This document shows, one piece after another, positions 20,648 through 31,605 of a stretch of DNA of 64,000 bases. The DNA is from an uncultured Gemmatimonadales bacterium (GTDB lineage: Bacteria > Gemmatimonadota > Gemmatimonadetes > Longimicrobiales > RSA9). Where the stretch lies: NCBI GenBank assembly GCA_963798085.1, contig CAWCRS010000003.1:416001-480000 (forward strand). Reading direction: 5' to 3'. The stretch's first letter is position 1. Each line of letters starts with the position of its first letter. The translations under genes were made by a program, and so were the position numbers. The notes below the pieces were generated by a model. That model saw nothing but the letters and a program-made list of their open reading frames with translations. It made no database searches and was not told the origin of the DNA.

Positions 20648-21820
20648 CTACTTCAGACTCACGAGGTACGCGGCAATCGCGTGGATTTCATCGTCGGTCA
20701 GCCCGGTGGGCGGGAAGCCCGCCGCGCCCTGCTGCGCGCCCGGCATGTGTGCACCCGCCTTGAGCGACTGCGGGTTGTGGATCCATTGCTCGACGTTGGC
20801 AGCCGTGTTAGCCGCTGCGCCCGCACCCACCGTGGGCCGTGAGCCGAAGCGCGTGAGATTGGGCCCGACCACGCCCTTCGCCGTGGTGTTCGCGATCGTG
20901 TGACAGGCGATGCACGCCTTGCTCAGGAAGATCCGCCTGCCCTGCTCTTCGAGCGTTTCCTGCGCGGCGCCGCCTGCGCCCTGCGCCGCGGCAGCGCCGG
21001 TGGGCGGAGTGGCCGGGGCACCACCTGCCGCGGCCTGCGCGCCACCGCCGGCGGCCGGCGCTTCCCGCATGGAGGCGACCCACGCATCGAATTCGGATGG
21101 CGGCACGGCCACCGCGTACATCGCCATGATGCCGTGCGCCTCGCCGCAGAACTCGGCGCACTGGCCGCGGTAGGTGCCGGCCTCGTCCACTGTGAACACC
21201 AGGCTGTTCGGTCGCGGCCGCTCGCCTTCGACCGTGCGCGGCGCGGGCATCACATCGCGTTTCCCGCCAATGCGCGGAACCCAGAAGCTGTGAATCACGT
21301 CCGCGGATTCCAGTCGCAGATGGACTTCACGACCGACCGGCACGTAGAACTGATTCGCCGTCACCACGTTCTGTGCCGGGTAGCGGAACTCCCACCACCA
21401 CTGGTGCCCGTAGACCTCGATCTCGAGTGCGTCCGCAGCCGGCGGGCGTTGCGACGAAAACACCGTCTGCACTGTCGGCACCGCAATGAACGTGACGATC
21501 ACCGCGGGAATCAGTGTCCACAGGATTTCCAGCCGGGTGTTGCCGTGGATCTGCTTCGGGTGCGGCCGGCCGGGTTTTTCGCGGAATCGGATGATGATGA
21601 TGACGATGAGCACCAGGACCAGTGCGAGGATGGCCATGGTCCAGGCGAGGGTGTTCAGGAACACGCGGTTCAGCGAGCGGCCGAATTCGCTGACCGGCTG
21701 GAAGGTGGTCTGCTCGTACTGCTCGCCGCCCGTGCATGCGGCGGCGAGGCTGACGGCCAGCGGAAGGACTCGCCACAGGCGATGCCAGCCGGTCGCTCTC
21801 GAATACGTCACAACTCTCAT
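20648..21820 (-). CDS. ctaC: Cytochrome c oxidase subunit II with fused cytochrome c (caa3)
   Basis: Lipobox LAAAC, HQWWWEFRY, DVIHSFW, CuA motif CAEFCGEAHGIM and heme c motif CIACH. Confidence 0.95.
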   Translation of the reverse strand: MRVVTYSRATGWHRLWRVLPLAVSLAAACTGGEQYEQTTFQPVSEFGRSLNRVFLNTLAWTMAILALVLVLIVIIIIRFREKPGRPHPKQIHGNTRLEILWTLIPAVIVTFIAVPTVQTVFSSQRPPAADALEIEVYGHQWWWEFRYPAQNVVTANQFYVPVGREVHLRLESADVIHSFWVPRIGGKRDVMPAPRTVEGERPRPNSLVFTVDEAGTYRGQCAEFCGEAHGIMAMYAVAVPPSEFDAWVASMREAPAAGGGAQAAAGGAPATPPTGAAAAQGAGGAAQETLEEQGRRIFLSKACIACHTIANTTAKGVVGPNLTRFGSRPTVGAGAAANTAANVEQWIHNPQSLKAGAHMPGAQQGAAGFPPTGLTDDEIHAIAAYLVSLK

Positions 21821-21882
21821 GGTTTGAACCGGATCGCGCTTTCTGTCGAAGGCCGGGATGTTACCGCAGCGTCCCGGGGTGG

Positions 21883-22845
21883 TCAAGCAACGGCGCTGGT
21901 GCGCGTGTCGAGCCTCGCGAGTGTGGCCCATGCCGCCAGTGCGAACCAGACGGCGGCGCCCACGGCCAGGTGCAGCGCCTGGAGCGCGTGCGGCAGGCGC
22001 AGCAGGACGAGCGCCGCGGCCACGCCGAGCTGTACGAACACGAGCGCGAGGGCCAGTACCGCCATGCGCCTGGCGCGCGGCGATGCGCCGCCCCGTGTCA
22101 CCAGCACTGCGGCAACGATGACGAACACAAGTGCGAACGCGACCAGGCGGTGACCCCACTGCACGTGCGCGGTTGTCGCCTGTGCGGGCGGGATCAGCCA
22201 CCCGCTGCACAGGGGGAACCCCGTACACGCCGCCGCTGCGCCCGGCGTATTGGCCGTTGCGGCCCCGAAGGCGACGACCACGAGTCCGACCGCCGCAGCC
22301 GCCGTGGCCCAGCTCGCGGCACGCCGCACGTTCCCGGTGCTGCCTGCTGTGTGGCTCTCACCGAGCGCCCCGCCGCGCGCCGCCGCATTGATCAGCGTGG
22401 CCATGAAAACGAGCGCGGTCACGAAGTGCACGATGGTCACGGCAGGCGGCAGGTCGAGCCACACCGTGACGGCGCCGAGCAGTGCCTGCAGCACGAAGAG
22501 CGTCGTCGCCAGCACGAGGGGCCGGAGCATGCCACCCCTGCCGCTGACGGCGGGCGCTCGCCGGTGCAGCAGGGCATAACCGAATACCGCGAGCACGACA
22601 ATGCCGATGCCGGCGGCGAGCAGGCGGTGCGTGTACTCGATCAGCGTATTGAGTGTGAAGGGCGGGATCCACTCGCCATGGCAGCGCGGCCAGTCATTGC
22701 CGCAGCCCAGGCCTGATCCCGTGATGCGCACAATGCCACCGAATACCACGAGCGCGTACGTGTAGCATGCCGCGAGCAGCGAGAGCAGCGCGAGCCGCTG
22801 TCTCGGTGCCCCGGCATCGTCACCGACGCGCGTGTCTGCGATCAT
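21883..22845 (-). CDS. ctaA: Heme A synthase (COX15/CtaA)
   Basis: GSGLGCGNDWPRCHG, IEYTHRL and CTGFPLCSG motifs; conserved His residues in TM helices. Confidence 0.92.
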   Translation of the reverse strand: MIADTRVGDDAGAPRQRLALLSLLAACYTYALVVFGGIVRITGSGLGCGNDWPRCHGEWIPPFTLNTLIEYTHRLLAAGIGIVVLAVFGYALLHRRAPAVSGRGGMLRPLVLATTLFVLQALLGAVTVWLDLPPAVTIVHFVTALVFMATLINAAARGGALGESHTAGSTGNVRRAASWATAAAAVGLVVVAFGAATANTPGAAAACTGFPLCSGWLIPPAQATTAHVQWGHRLVAFALVFVIVAAVLVTRGGASPRARRMAVLALALVFVQLGVAAALVLLRLPHALQALHLAVGAAVWFALAAWATLARLDTRTSAVA

Positions 22846-23003
22846 GCCAGCTGCCGTGCTCAATCCTGCGCTCCTGCGGCGTCTGCTGCGTCCGGCTGTG
22901 GGCCGCGCCAATATCACCCGGCGTCCCCGCCGCCGCCAGTTTGCCGGGCCCCCGCACGCGTACTACTCTGCTGGCGGGAATCCCCGTGCAGCGAGCCGCC
23001 GCT

Positions 23004-24215
23004 ATGCGCAGGATACAACACATTCTTCTCGTGTTTTCCGTTCTCGGAGCGAGCCGCGCGAACATGGCAGCCGCACAGAGCAATGGCACGGCGGGTGCAC
23101 GGCCGCGGGCCCGCGAAGCCGGCGTGATCGTCGGCATCTTCCAGCCGGGTGCTCAGAACGCGATCACGGATGTCGCGGGCGTCCGAGTGGGTCAGACGAC
23201 GGTGGTGCGCGAAGGCGTGAATACCGGTGTCACCGCGATCCTGCCGCATGCGGGCAGCATCTTCCGCGAGAAGGTGCCCGCCGCGATCGTCGTGGGGAAC
23301 GGCTTCGGCAAACTGCTCGGCATCTCGCAGGTGCAGGAACTGGGCGAAATCGAAACGCCCATCCTGCTGACCTGCACGTTGTGTGTCTGGAAAGCGGCGG
23401 ACGCCATGGTCGCGTGGCTGCTGGCACAGCCCGGCATGGAAGACGTGCGCTCCATCAATCCCGTCGTCGGCGAAACCAATGATGGCGGACTGAACGACAT
23501 TCGCGCGCGCCCCATTTCGCCGCAGGATGTCGTGCACGCGCTCGAGTCGGCGAACAGCGGACCCGTCGAGGAGGGCGCGGTGGGCGCGGGTCGCGGCACA
23601 TCCGCGTTCGGCTTCAAGGGCGGCATCGGCACCAGCTCGCGCGTCCTGCCCGCATCGGCCGGCGGCTACACGGTGGGGGTGCTCGTGCAGTCCAACTTCG
23701 GCGGCGTTCTCGTCATCAATGGCGCGCCCGTGGGCCGCGAACTGGGGCGTTACTCCTTCCAGCGTGAAGTCACGGGCCGGGGCGGCCGCGGGGGTGGCAG
23801 CGATCGCCTCGAGTCACCGGACGGCAGCATCATGATGGTCGTGGCGACGGATGCGCCGCTCAGCGCACGCAGTCTCGAGCGCGTCGCGCATCGCGCGCTC
23901 ACTGGCCTGGCGCGCACGGGCGCGACCATGAGCAACGGCTCGGGCGACTACGTGATCGCCTTCTCCACGGCGGACAGCGTGCGCCGGCGAGGCAACGAGC
24001 GGTCGCGCCAGATCGAGGATCTCTCCAACGATGCCGTGACGCCGCTGTTCCAGGCCGTTGCGGAGGCCACGGAAGAAGCGGTGTATAACTCGCTGTTCAA
24101 GGCGGTCACGGTGAGCAACGGCCGCAATCAGACGGAAGCGCTGCCCATCGAGAAGACACTCGAGATCCTGAAGAAGTACAACGCGCTGAACTGGGACCGC
24201 ACCATCGGGAAGTAG
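23004..24215 (+). CDS. P1/S58 family aminopeptidase (DmpA-like), secreted
   Basis: NAITDVAGVRVG, GNGFGK, VVGETND, GFKGGIGTSSR, QSNFG, DGSIM and NGSGD motifs. Confidence 0.92.
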   Translation: MRRIQHILLVFSVLGASRANMAAAQSNGTAGARPRAREAGVIVGIFQPGAQNAITDVAGVRVGQTTVVREGVNTGVTAILPHAGSIFREKVPAAIVVGNGFGKLLGISQVQELGEIETPILLTCTLCVWKAADAMVAWLLAQPGMEDVRSINPVVGETNDGGLNDIRARPISPQDVVHALESANSGPVEEGAVGAGRGTSAFGFKGGIGTSSRVLPASAGGYTVGVLVQSNFGGVLVINGAPVGRELGRYSFQREVTGRGGRGGGSDRLESPDGSIMMVVATDAPLSARSLERVAHRALTGLARTGATMSNGSGDYVIAFSTADSVRRRGNERSRQIEDLSNDAVTPLFQAVAEATEEAVYNSLFKAVTVSNGRNQTEALPIEKTLEILKKYNALNWDRTIGK

Positions 24216-24234
24216 GCGACCGGCTCCCTCACGG

Positions 24235-25443
24235 TCACTGGCTCGAAGCAGCCGCCGCGTTCGTTTCCGCGGGCCCGAGGAACGCCTCGATGTCCGCCGC
24301 CCTCGCCTCCGCATCTTCCTCGCCGATCTGCATGATGCGCTCGAGGTAGTCAGGCTGGAACAGCAGCAGCGACAGCATGTCCGGGCTCTTCTGCTCGCGC
24401 GTGCCCAGGCCGCGCACCATGAAGCGGAACGCTTTGGGCAGGCGGGGCTCGAACTCGGCGGCCATGCGACCCAGGTCGCGGGAGGGACGGATAACGAGGA
24501 GGTCCACCGGTCGCATACCCGAACGCCGTTCATCGGGCACCGTCTGCAGCAGCTCGTTGATGCGCTGCAGGCGAAGCGCGTCCTGATCGATCAGGTCGAG
24601 GAACACCGCATTGAGCAGCGCGCCCAGGATCTGCGCGGGCGGCGGGTAGCCGGTGATCTGCAGCGCATCCGCTTCGGCCTGCGAGCGGTCGTAGCGTGTG
24701 GAGATGGCGATGATGCGGTCCGCGCCCAGATGCAGTGCCGGTGACAGTGGTGCGGCCAGCCGGATGCCGCCATCACCGTACCAGTTGTTGCCCACGCGGA
24801 TCGCCGGGAAGAACAGCGGCAGCGCGGTGGACGCCATGACGTGCTCGATGCAGAGCGTCGTCTTCTCGGCGCGGCGTTGCGGCCGCTTCCACGGCTCAAT
24901 GGCGCCGCCCTGGAAGAACACGACGGACTGTCCGGTCGAATACAATGTGGCAGTAACGGCAACGGCCAGCAGCTTGCCCGTTGCCAGGTTCCTGCCGATA
25001 CCGGTCAGTACGCCGTCTCTCGACTCGATCACCTCATGCAGCAGCACGCGCAGCGGCGAGGTGTTGAGGAAGGCGCGAACCTGGAGCGCGGGCGCGCCGC
25101 CCGAGATCAGGCGGAAGCCCCAGCGCATCACGGTCCAGGAGATGGACGCGGCATCCACCTTGAACACTCGCTCGGCGGTCAGCCCCTGCCAGAGATCGGA
25201 CAGGCTGAATACCGCCTTCCTGAAGTTGCCGGGATGCGACGCGAGTGAAGCGATGTTGACGGCACCGGCGGACACGCCGGTGAGAATCGGGAGCTGCAGG
25301 TCCGGATAGTGGCGTGCGATCCAGCGCAGCACGCCGACCTGGTATGCCGCGCGGGCGCCGCCGCCGGTCAATACGAGGCCCAGTGGCCCGCTTGCGACGA
25401 GGCGTTCATCCTGCGGCAGAGTGGAATCCGTCCTGTTGATCAC
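24235..25443 (-). CDS. Patatin-like phospholipase (start uncertain)
   Basis: LTGGGARAAYQVG, GVSAGA and DGG motifs. Confidence 0.9.
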   Translation of the reverse strand: MINRTDSTLPQDERLVASGPLGLVLTGGGARAAYQVGVLRWIARHYPDLQLPILTGVSAGAVNIASLASHPGNFRKAVFSLSDLWQGLTAERVFKVDAASISWTVMRWGFRLISGGAPALQVRAFLNTSPLRVLLHEVIESRDGVLTGIGRNLATGKLLAVAVTATLYSTGQSVVFFQGGAIEPWKRPQRRAEKTTLCIEHVMASTALPLFFPAIRVGNNWYGDGGIRLAAPLSPALHLGADRIIAISTRYDRSQAEADALQITGYPPPAQILGALLNAVFLDLIDQDALRLQRINELLQTVPDERRSGMRPVDLLVIRPSRDLGRMAAEFEPRLPKAFRFMVRGLGTREQKSPDMLSLLLFQPDYLERIMQIGEEDAEARAADIEAFLGPAETNAAAASSQ

Positions 25444-25725
25444 GGTCTCGAACGTTGTTATGTGGCGCAAACATACCGCATTCAGGCCGCCTCCGGGAGC
25501 GCAGCTCGGATGGGCTGCCCCAGCATCGCACACCGAGGTCGATTCTGCATGCTGCCGCAACGCCCGCAGCCGGGACCGTGGCTTTGCCGCTACGGGTAGC
25601 AGTGTTCTTCGGGTGTCACTTCTCCAGTATTCGGCTCGCGCCTCCGCGCGATGCGTCTATCCGGTTGTCGCGCCAGCCGCCGCACTTCGCGGCAATGCGC
25701 GGCGCCCCCACGCTGTGAGCACGGT

Positions 25726-28057
25726 ATGGTCCATCTGCAGTTGAACGCCCGCACCAATGCGCGGGCGCGTGTGCACGTCGCGCTTGTGCTCTCGCTGCTG
25801 GCGCCCGCGCTGGTTGCCTCGTGCAAGAGCGGCGATTCCACCGCTCCGCCGGGCGGCACGGCGACAGTCAACGTCGAAGCGGCCGGCAACTCCGTCGAAG
25901 TGGGCGGCACACTGCAGCTCACCGCGACGGCACTCGACGCATCGGGCAACAACCTCAGCAAGACCTTCGCGTGGGCGTCATCGAACCAGGGCGTGGCGGT
26001 CGTCTCACCCACGGGCCTGGTCAACGGCGTCGCAGTGGGCGCCGCCACCATCAGCGCGACCGCGGATGGCAAGTCCGGCAACTTCACGGTCACCGTGACT
26101 GCGCCGACCGTTCCCCTGATCAGCGCCGTGTCGCCCAGCCCGCTGGTCGCCGGCCAGACCGCGACGCTCACCGGTGACAATTTCAGCACCACGCCCACGA
26201 GCAACATCGTGACCATCGGCGGCGCCGCCGTGACCGTAACGGCCGCCACCAAGACCTCGCTGACCGTGGCAGTGCCGTCGGCCCTGTGCACGGCAGGCAC
26301 CGCCGCCGTGAAGGTCTCCGTCAATGGACGCGCCAGCAACAGCCTGCTGCAGCCCGCGCCGAAGACGGGCACGGACGTGACGGTCGCCACCGGCAAACAG
26401 ACGATCCTCACGAATCCTGCCGACTTCTGTCTGCAGTTCGCGGCAACCGGCGCGAATGAAGCGTACCTGGTGGGCGTGCAGAACCTCACGGAGTCCGGCA
26501 CCTCGGTGCAGAGCGTGATCGTGGGCAATGCTTCCGCAACGGGCGCCGAGTCCGCAGCCACACTGCCCGTCGCGGCTTCCAGCATGCAGCCTGCCGCTCC
26601 CACCACGGCGGACCTCGCCAGGATGAAGCGCTGGGACCGCCAGCGGGCCGGTGAACTCACCCTGCGCATGGCTGAGCGCGCGCAGATCCCGTTCGCGCAG
26701 GTGGCCAGCAACATCCGCCAGTCCCTGCGCGGCACCGCGTCGCTCACGGCCGCGGCCTCGGTCGTGCCGGGCACCGTGCAGGTGGGCGACAACGTGACCG
26801 TGCGCATTCCCGACCGGAACCGCAGCCTCTGTCAGAATTACGCCGAGATCACCACCGTCGTCCGCCTGGTAGGGCTGCACAGCATCTGGCTCGAGGACAG
26901 CGGCAATCCGGCCAACGGTTACACCGCTGCAGATTTCACCACGATGGCCGCCGATTTCGATAACACCATCTACCAGAACGATGTCGACTACTTCGGCGAG
27001 CCCAGCGACCTCGACAACAATGGTCGCATTGTGATGATCGTGACCAAGGAGGTCAACAAGGAGGGCGTGCTGGGTTTCACCACCAGCGCCGATTTCCAGA
27101 CGCGCACGCAGTGTCCATCCAGCAATGGCGGCGAGGTCTTCTACACGATCGCGCCTGACCCCAATGGCACGTACGCGGACGCATACGCGCGCGCCGACGG
27201 CCTGGCGGATGCACCCATCCTCACCGGCCACGAGTTCTCGCACATCCTGCAGTTCGTCAATCGCGCGGCGGCGGGCGTGTCCACACCTGCGGCCATCTGG
27301 GAGCTGGAAGGCCAGGCAACGCTCGCCGAAGAGATCACCGGCCACAAGTTCACCAGTCGCTCACCCGGGCAGAACTACGGCTTCAATGTGGCGTTCATGG
27401 GGATCTATAACAACGCGTTGGCGTCGGATCATGCGTGGTACGCCGCCGGCTTCTTCGATCTGGCTCTGTACTGGGGCTTCAACGGCGCCTGCGACCCCAA
27501 CGTGACAGGGCAGTGCGACACGAAGATCAGCGGCACGCCCGAGCAGTGCACCTGGCTCGCCGCCAACACCGGCGCACCGTGCTTCCCGGGCCGCGAAGTC
27601 TACGGCGTGCCCTGGTCGTTGCTCCGCTACATCTCCGACCAGTTCTCGACTCGCTTCGCGGGCGGCGAAAAGGAGCTCCACCACAAGCTCATCACGGACC
27701 CGGGCACCGGTTTCCAGACGCTCGCCAACGTGAGCGGCCAGCCCATCAATGTGCTGCTGGCGCCGCTGGGCCGCCGCGCAGTACGTCGATGACCGGACCG
27801 CCGGCGCCGACCCGACACTGCAGTTCACCAGCTGGAACATGTTCGAGGCGTTCAGCCATTTCCGTGTCTCCGTGCCGCTGGTGCCGCGCGATCGCAGCTT
27901 CGCTACATTCACCGACCAGGCCAGCGTGCGCGGCGGCTCGACTGCCTACTTCCGCGTCAGTGGCGCGAGCCGGCCGGCCACCGCGTTGCGCGTACGCACC
28001 GCCACGGAAGCGCTGCTGCCCTCGACCACTCAGGTGTGGATCGTGCGCTTGCAGTAA
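25726..28057 (+). CDS. Lipoprotein with Ig-like (Big_2) and IPT/TIG domains plus M30-like zinc metalloprotease domain; frameshift near 27770
   Basis: Lipobox LVASC, WASSNQGVAVVSPTG, FGEPSDLDNNGRI and HEFSH...EGQA motifs; continues in ORF 27749-28057. Confidence 0.8.
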
Positions 28058-28266
28058 ACAGGCTGTTGCCCTTCTGACGGGCGGGGTCGCGGCCTGCATG
28101 CGACCTCGCCCGTTTGCTTTCCAAACCCGCTGTCAGGCCCCGCGTGTCCGCTTTCCGCATCGCTTTGCGCGTCACTGGACAGTCCGGTAAGAGGCTGGCC
28201 TGCCGTTCCCCGCTGCGCCGCCCGACAGCTCCGGACCGTTCCAGCCAAGCCAATGGAGCCAGACCC

Positions 28267-29499
28267 ATGTCCAGCGTTCTGCAGAGCGTTCTGACCCGCA
28301 TGCTCGCATTCGCCGCCCGCGACCGGCAGCGCATCTTCATCAGCTACCGCCGCCGCGGTGAGGGCGCGGGGTACGCCGGCCGCCTGGCGGACCGGCTGAT
28401 CCACGAATTCGGGTCGGACCAGTGCTTTCGGGATATCGACGACATCGAATCAGGCACCGACTTCGTGGAAGCCATTTCCCACGCCGTGGGTTCATGCGAC
28501 GTGCTGATTGCCGTGATCGGCCCCGACTGGCTGAGCGCCACCGACGCGCACGGCCAGCGGCGGCTCGAGAATGAGCGCGATTTCGTGCGTCTGGAGATCA
28601 CGGCCGCCCTGGCAAGGGACATACGGGTGGTGCCCGTGCTGGTCGGTGCCGCGCTCATGCCCACGCCCGAACAGCTGCCGGACGCCATGGCCGCGCTGTC
28701 CCGCAGGCAGGCACACGAGCTGAGCGACACCCGCTGGGACTACGACGTCAGCCAGCTCATCACGTCCATCGAGCGGCTCGGTATCCGCCGCGCGCGCGAC
28801 GCCAGTCGCCAGCCCGTGCGCCGCCGCTGGAAGCTCGCGGGCGCGCTCGTGGCCGGCTTCACCGCGATCAGCCTCGGCATCGCGGCGCTCAGCTCTGCCA
28901 TCGACCGCATGAACACGGCTTCGCTGGATACTCTCCCCGCGTTCACTCCCGCCGCCGGCGGGAGTGCGGTCGATGGCATCCGTACTGCGTCCGAATCCGT
29001 TCCGCTGCGTACCCCGCACACCGAGTTGGTGAAGAGCGGCGCAGACCGCCGGGACGTGTCGTATCAGCCACCCGACCCGACACTCGGACAGGGACCCGCC
29101 ATTCTCGCCGCCATGCGCCGCGCGAATCAAGCGGAGACGGAGGCGTTCCGTGCGCTCGATGAGGACGTGCTCAATGGCCCGTTCACAGGCGAGGCCCTGG
29201 CCATGGAGCAGCTGGCGCTGCGGGGTCTGGCTGCCGCCGGCCAGTTCACGGTCAACACGCTGCACGACCAGCGCATCCTCTCGCTGAACGTGAGCCCGGA
29301 CGGCAGCAGCGCCACGGTTCGGGCGGTGGAGACCTGGAGCGACGTCCACTATAACGCGCTGTTGCGCCAGTGCATGTTCCGCGTGCCGCCGCACGAAGTG
29401 CCGCAGACCGTGCGCCTGCTGCGGGTGGCGGGATTGTGGCGGGTGACGGCAATTGAAGGCGACGCCGCCGAATCACCGGATCCGACGCCCTGCGTGTGA
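28267..29499 (+). CDS. TIR domain (TIR_2) protein with TM helix and C-terminal extracytoplasmic domain
   Basis: IFISYRR, FRDIDDIESGTDF, AVIGPDW, DFVRLEI and VVPVLV motifs; hydrophobic segment LAGALVAGFTAISLGIAAL. Confidence 0.88.
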   Translation: MSSVLQSVLTRMLAFAARDRQRIFISYRRRGEGAGYAGRLADRLIHEFGSDQCFRDIDDIESGTDFVEAISHAVGSCDVLIAVIGPDWLSATDAHGQRRLENERDFVRLEITAALARDIRVVPVLVGAALMPTPEQLPDAMAALSRRQAHELSDTRWDYDVSQLITSIERLGIRRARDASRQPVRRRWKLAGALVAGFTAISLGIAALSSAIDRMNTASLDTLPAFTPAAGGSAVDGIRTASESVPLRTPHTELVKSGADRRDVSYQPPDPTLGQGPAILAAMRRANQAETEAFRALDEDVLNGPFTGEALAMEQLALRGLAAAGQFTVNTLHDQRILSLNVSPDGSSATVRAVETWSDVHYNALLRQCMFRVPPHEVPQTVRLLRVAGLWRVTAIEGDAAESPDPTPCV

Positions 29500-29608
29500 G
29501 GCTGTGGTGCGACGCGGAACGGCGGCAGCATCAGCAGAGTCGCCTGGCACGCACTGCGCGCGCGCCAGCTGACGCGTGCGGCTGGCGCGTCAGCGCTGCT
29601 GCGCGCTG

Positions 29609-29815
29609 CTACTTCAAGGTGATCTCGCCCTCGATGTCGTGATCCAGGCCCACACCGCTCAGGCGGATGGTGGCGTGCGCGGTCAGCGTCTCGTCGCCGC
29701 GGATGCGGCCCGAATCGATCGCCTCACGCACCGCCTGCTCGATCTCGCGCTGCGCCGTCACACCGAAGGTCTTGAGAAACTTGCGCAGGCTGAGGTTGAA
29801 CGCGTCCTCGTTCAT
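29609..29815 (-). CDS. DUF6494-like small protein
   Basis: MNEDAFNLSLRKFLKTFGVTAQREIEQAV pattern. Confidence 0.75.
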   Translation of the reverse strand: MNEDAFNLSLRKFLKTFGVTAQREIEQAVREAIDSGRIRGDETLTAHATIRLSGVGLDHDIEGEITLK

Positions 29816-29925
29816 GATCCCCGCAATGTGTTGCTGGTGACGGCCGCGGCCGGCGCCCGCCGGCGCGGTGCGTGCATTGACAGCCTCATGCCGCGCCCTC
29901 GTTCTGAATCACCTCTCGGAAACGG

Positions 29926-31605
29926 TCAGTCGGAGCCACCCGCCGTCACCGCCTTCGCCGTCACGTAGTAGTTCACGTCGACCTTGAACTCGGCGGAATC
30001 GGCCAGCTGCACACTCATCGTCTGCCACGCCTCCGTCGGGTGGATCACGGTGTAGCCGCCGACCGACAGTGTCACCGGCACCTGCATGCGGAAGCCCGGC
30101 ACGACATTGGCCCAGCGGTAGCGCAGCCTGCCTCCGCTGATGCTGTATTCCAGCACCGGGATCTTCGTGGTCGTCAGGTACTGCTCGAACACCTTGCTCA
30201 GGTCCGTGCCCGCCTGCTGGCTGATGTAGTCCTCGACCTGTTTGCCGGTCACGGTCTGGTGCCAGAACGTCTGGTTCAGGCCGCGCAGGATGCCTCGCCA
30301 TTTCTCGTCATTGCCCACGATCTGGCGGATGGTGTGCAGCATGTTCCCGCCCTTCGGGTACATGTCGCCCGAGCCTTCCTGATTCACGCCGAACGCGGGC
30401 ACGATGGGCCGGTCGTTACGGACGCCTCGCCGGACGCCCACTGTGTACGCGGCGCCCTTGTCCTTGCCGAACAGGCACTCCGTGTACAGGCCCTCCGCAT
30501 AGTTGGCGAAGCTCTCGTGCACCCACATGTCGGCCAGGTCCTTCGACGTGAGGTTGTTGCCGAACCATTCGTGGGCACTCTCGTGCACAATGATGAAGTC
30601 CCACTGCATGCCCAGACCGGTGCCCGATGCATCACGGCCGCGGTAGCCGTTGGCGAACCAGTTGCCGTACGCGACCGCGGTCTGGTGCTCCATCCCCGTG
30701 TTAGGCACTTCGATGAGCTTGTAGCCGTCTTCGTACCACGGGTACGGCCCGAACCAGTGCTCGAAGCACTTCATCATCGACTTCGCCTGCGCGAACTGCC
30801 GGTGGGCCGCCTCCAGGTGGTAGGTCAGCGGCCAGAAGTCCATGCTCAGCGGTCCCTTCTCACCGTCGTAGGTTTCCGTGTAATGGTCGTAGCTGCCCGC
30901 AGCCACCGCGATCGCGTAGTTGTTGATGGGATTCACCACGAACCACTCGTATGTTGTGGTGCCATCCGCGTTGTGCGTGGTGCTGCGCAGGCGGCCATTG
31001 GAAACGTCGAGCAGTGGATCCGGCACCGTCAGCGCAACACGCTGGCTGTCCGGCTCATCCATTTGCGTGTCCTTGTTGGGCCACCAGATGCTCGCGCCCA
31101 CGCCCTGGTCGGTCGTCACCACCCACGTCCGTCCCAGGCTGTCCGCCGTCCACGTGAAGCCGCCCTCCCAGGGTGGCCGCCTGGCCACGCGCGGCCGGCC
31201 GTGATAATGGACTGTCAGCGTACGACTCGTGCCGGCCCGCTGCGCCGAAGGCAGCGTGACGAAGAAGGCGTTGCCATCCCGCCGGTACGTCACGGCTTTT
31301 CCGTCCTGCACCATGCTGTCGACGTCCAGCGGCGTCATGAGATCGATCTGCATCTCCTGCGCCGGCTTCAGCACGCGATAGGTGATGGCGTTGTAGCCGC
31401 GGATCGAACTGTCCGCGGGATTGATGGCGACGTGCAGGTCGTAGAACGACACATCCCACCACGTCCGTGCGGGCGAGGTCAGCGAGCCACGCAGCGTGTC
31501 CGCGTGCGTGAAGCTCTGCTGCTGCTGCTGCTGCTGCGCGCGTCCGCGCGTGCTGGAACCGGCAAGCAGAACGATCCCGAGTGCAATAGACAGCATCCGT
31601 CGCAT
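29926..31605 (-). CDS. M1 family aminopeptidase, secreted
   Basis: GMEHQ, HESAHEWFGN, WVHESFANY and MYPKG motifs; signal peptide; RBS GGAGG. Confidence 0.93.
   Translation of the reverse strand: MRRMLSIALGIVLLAGSSTRGRAQQQQQQQSFTHADTLRGSLTSPARTWWDVSFYDLHVAINPADSSIRGYNAITYRVLKPAQEMQIDLMTPLDVDSMVQDGKAVTYRRDGNAFFVTLPSAQRAGTSRTLTVHYHGRPRVARRPPWEGGFTWTADSLGRTWVVTTDQGVGASIWWPNKDTQMDEPDSQRVALTVPDPLLDVSNGRLRSTTHNADGTTTYEWFVVNPINNYAIAVAAGSYDHYTETYDGEKGPLSMDFWPLTYHLEAAHRQFAQAKSMMKCFEHWFGPYPWYEDGYKLIEVPNTGMEHQTAVAYGNWFANGYRGRDASGTGLGMQWDFIIVHESAHEWFGNNLTSKDLADMWVHESFANYAEGLYTECLFGKDKGAAYTVGVRRGVRNDRPIVPAFGVNQEGSGDMYPKGGNMLHTIRQIVGNDEKWRGILRGLNQTFWHQTVTGKQVEDYISQQAGTDLSKVFEQYLTTTKIPVLEYSISGGRLRYRWANVVPGFRMQVPVTLSVGGYTVIHPTEAWQTMSVQLADSAEFKVDVNYYVTAKAVTAGGSD

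Noticed and set aside
24235..25443. Patatin as a CBASS/defence effector
   Set aside because: There is no cyclase or defence partner adjacent, and it resembles a stand-alone housekeeping patatin.
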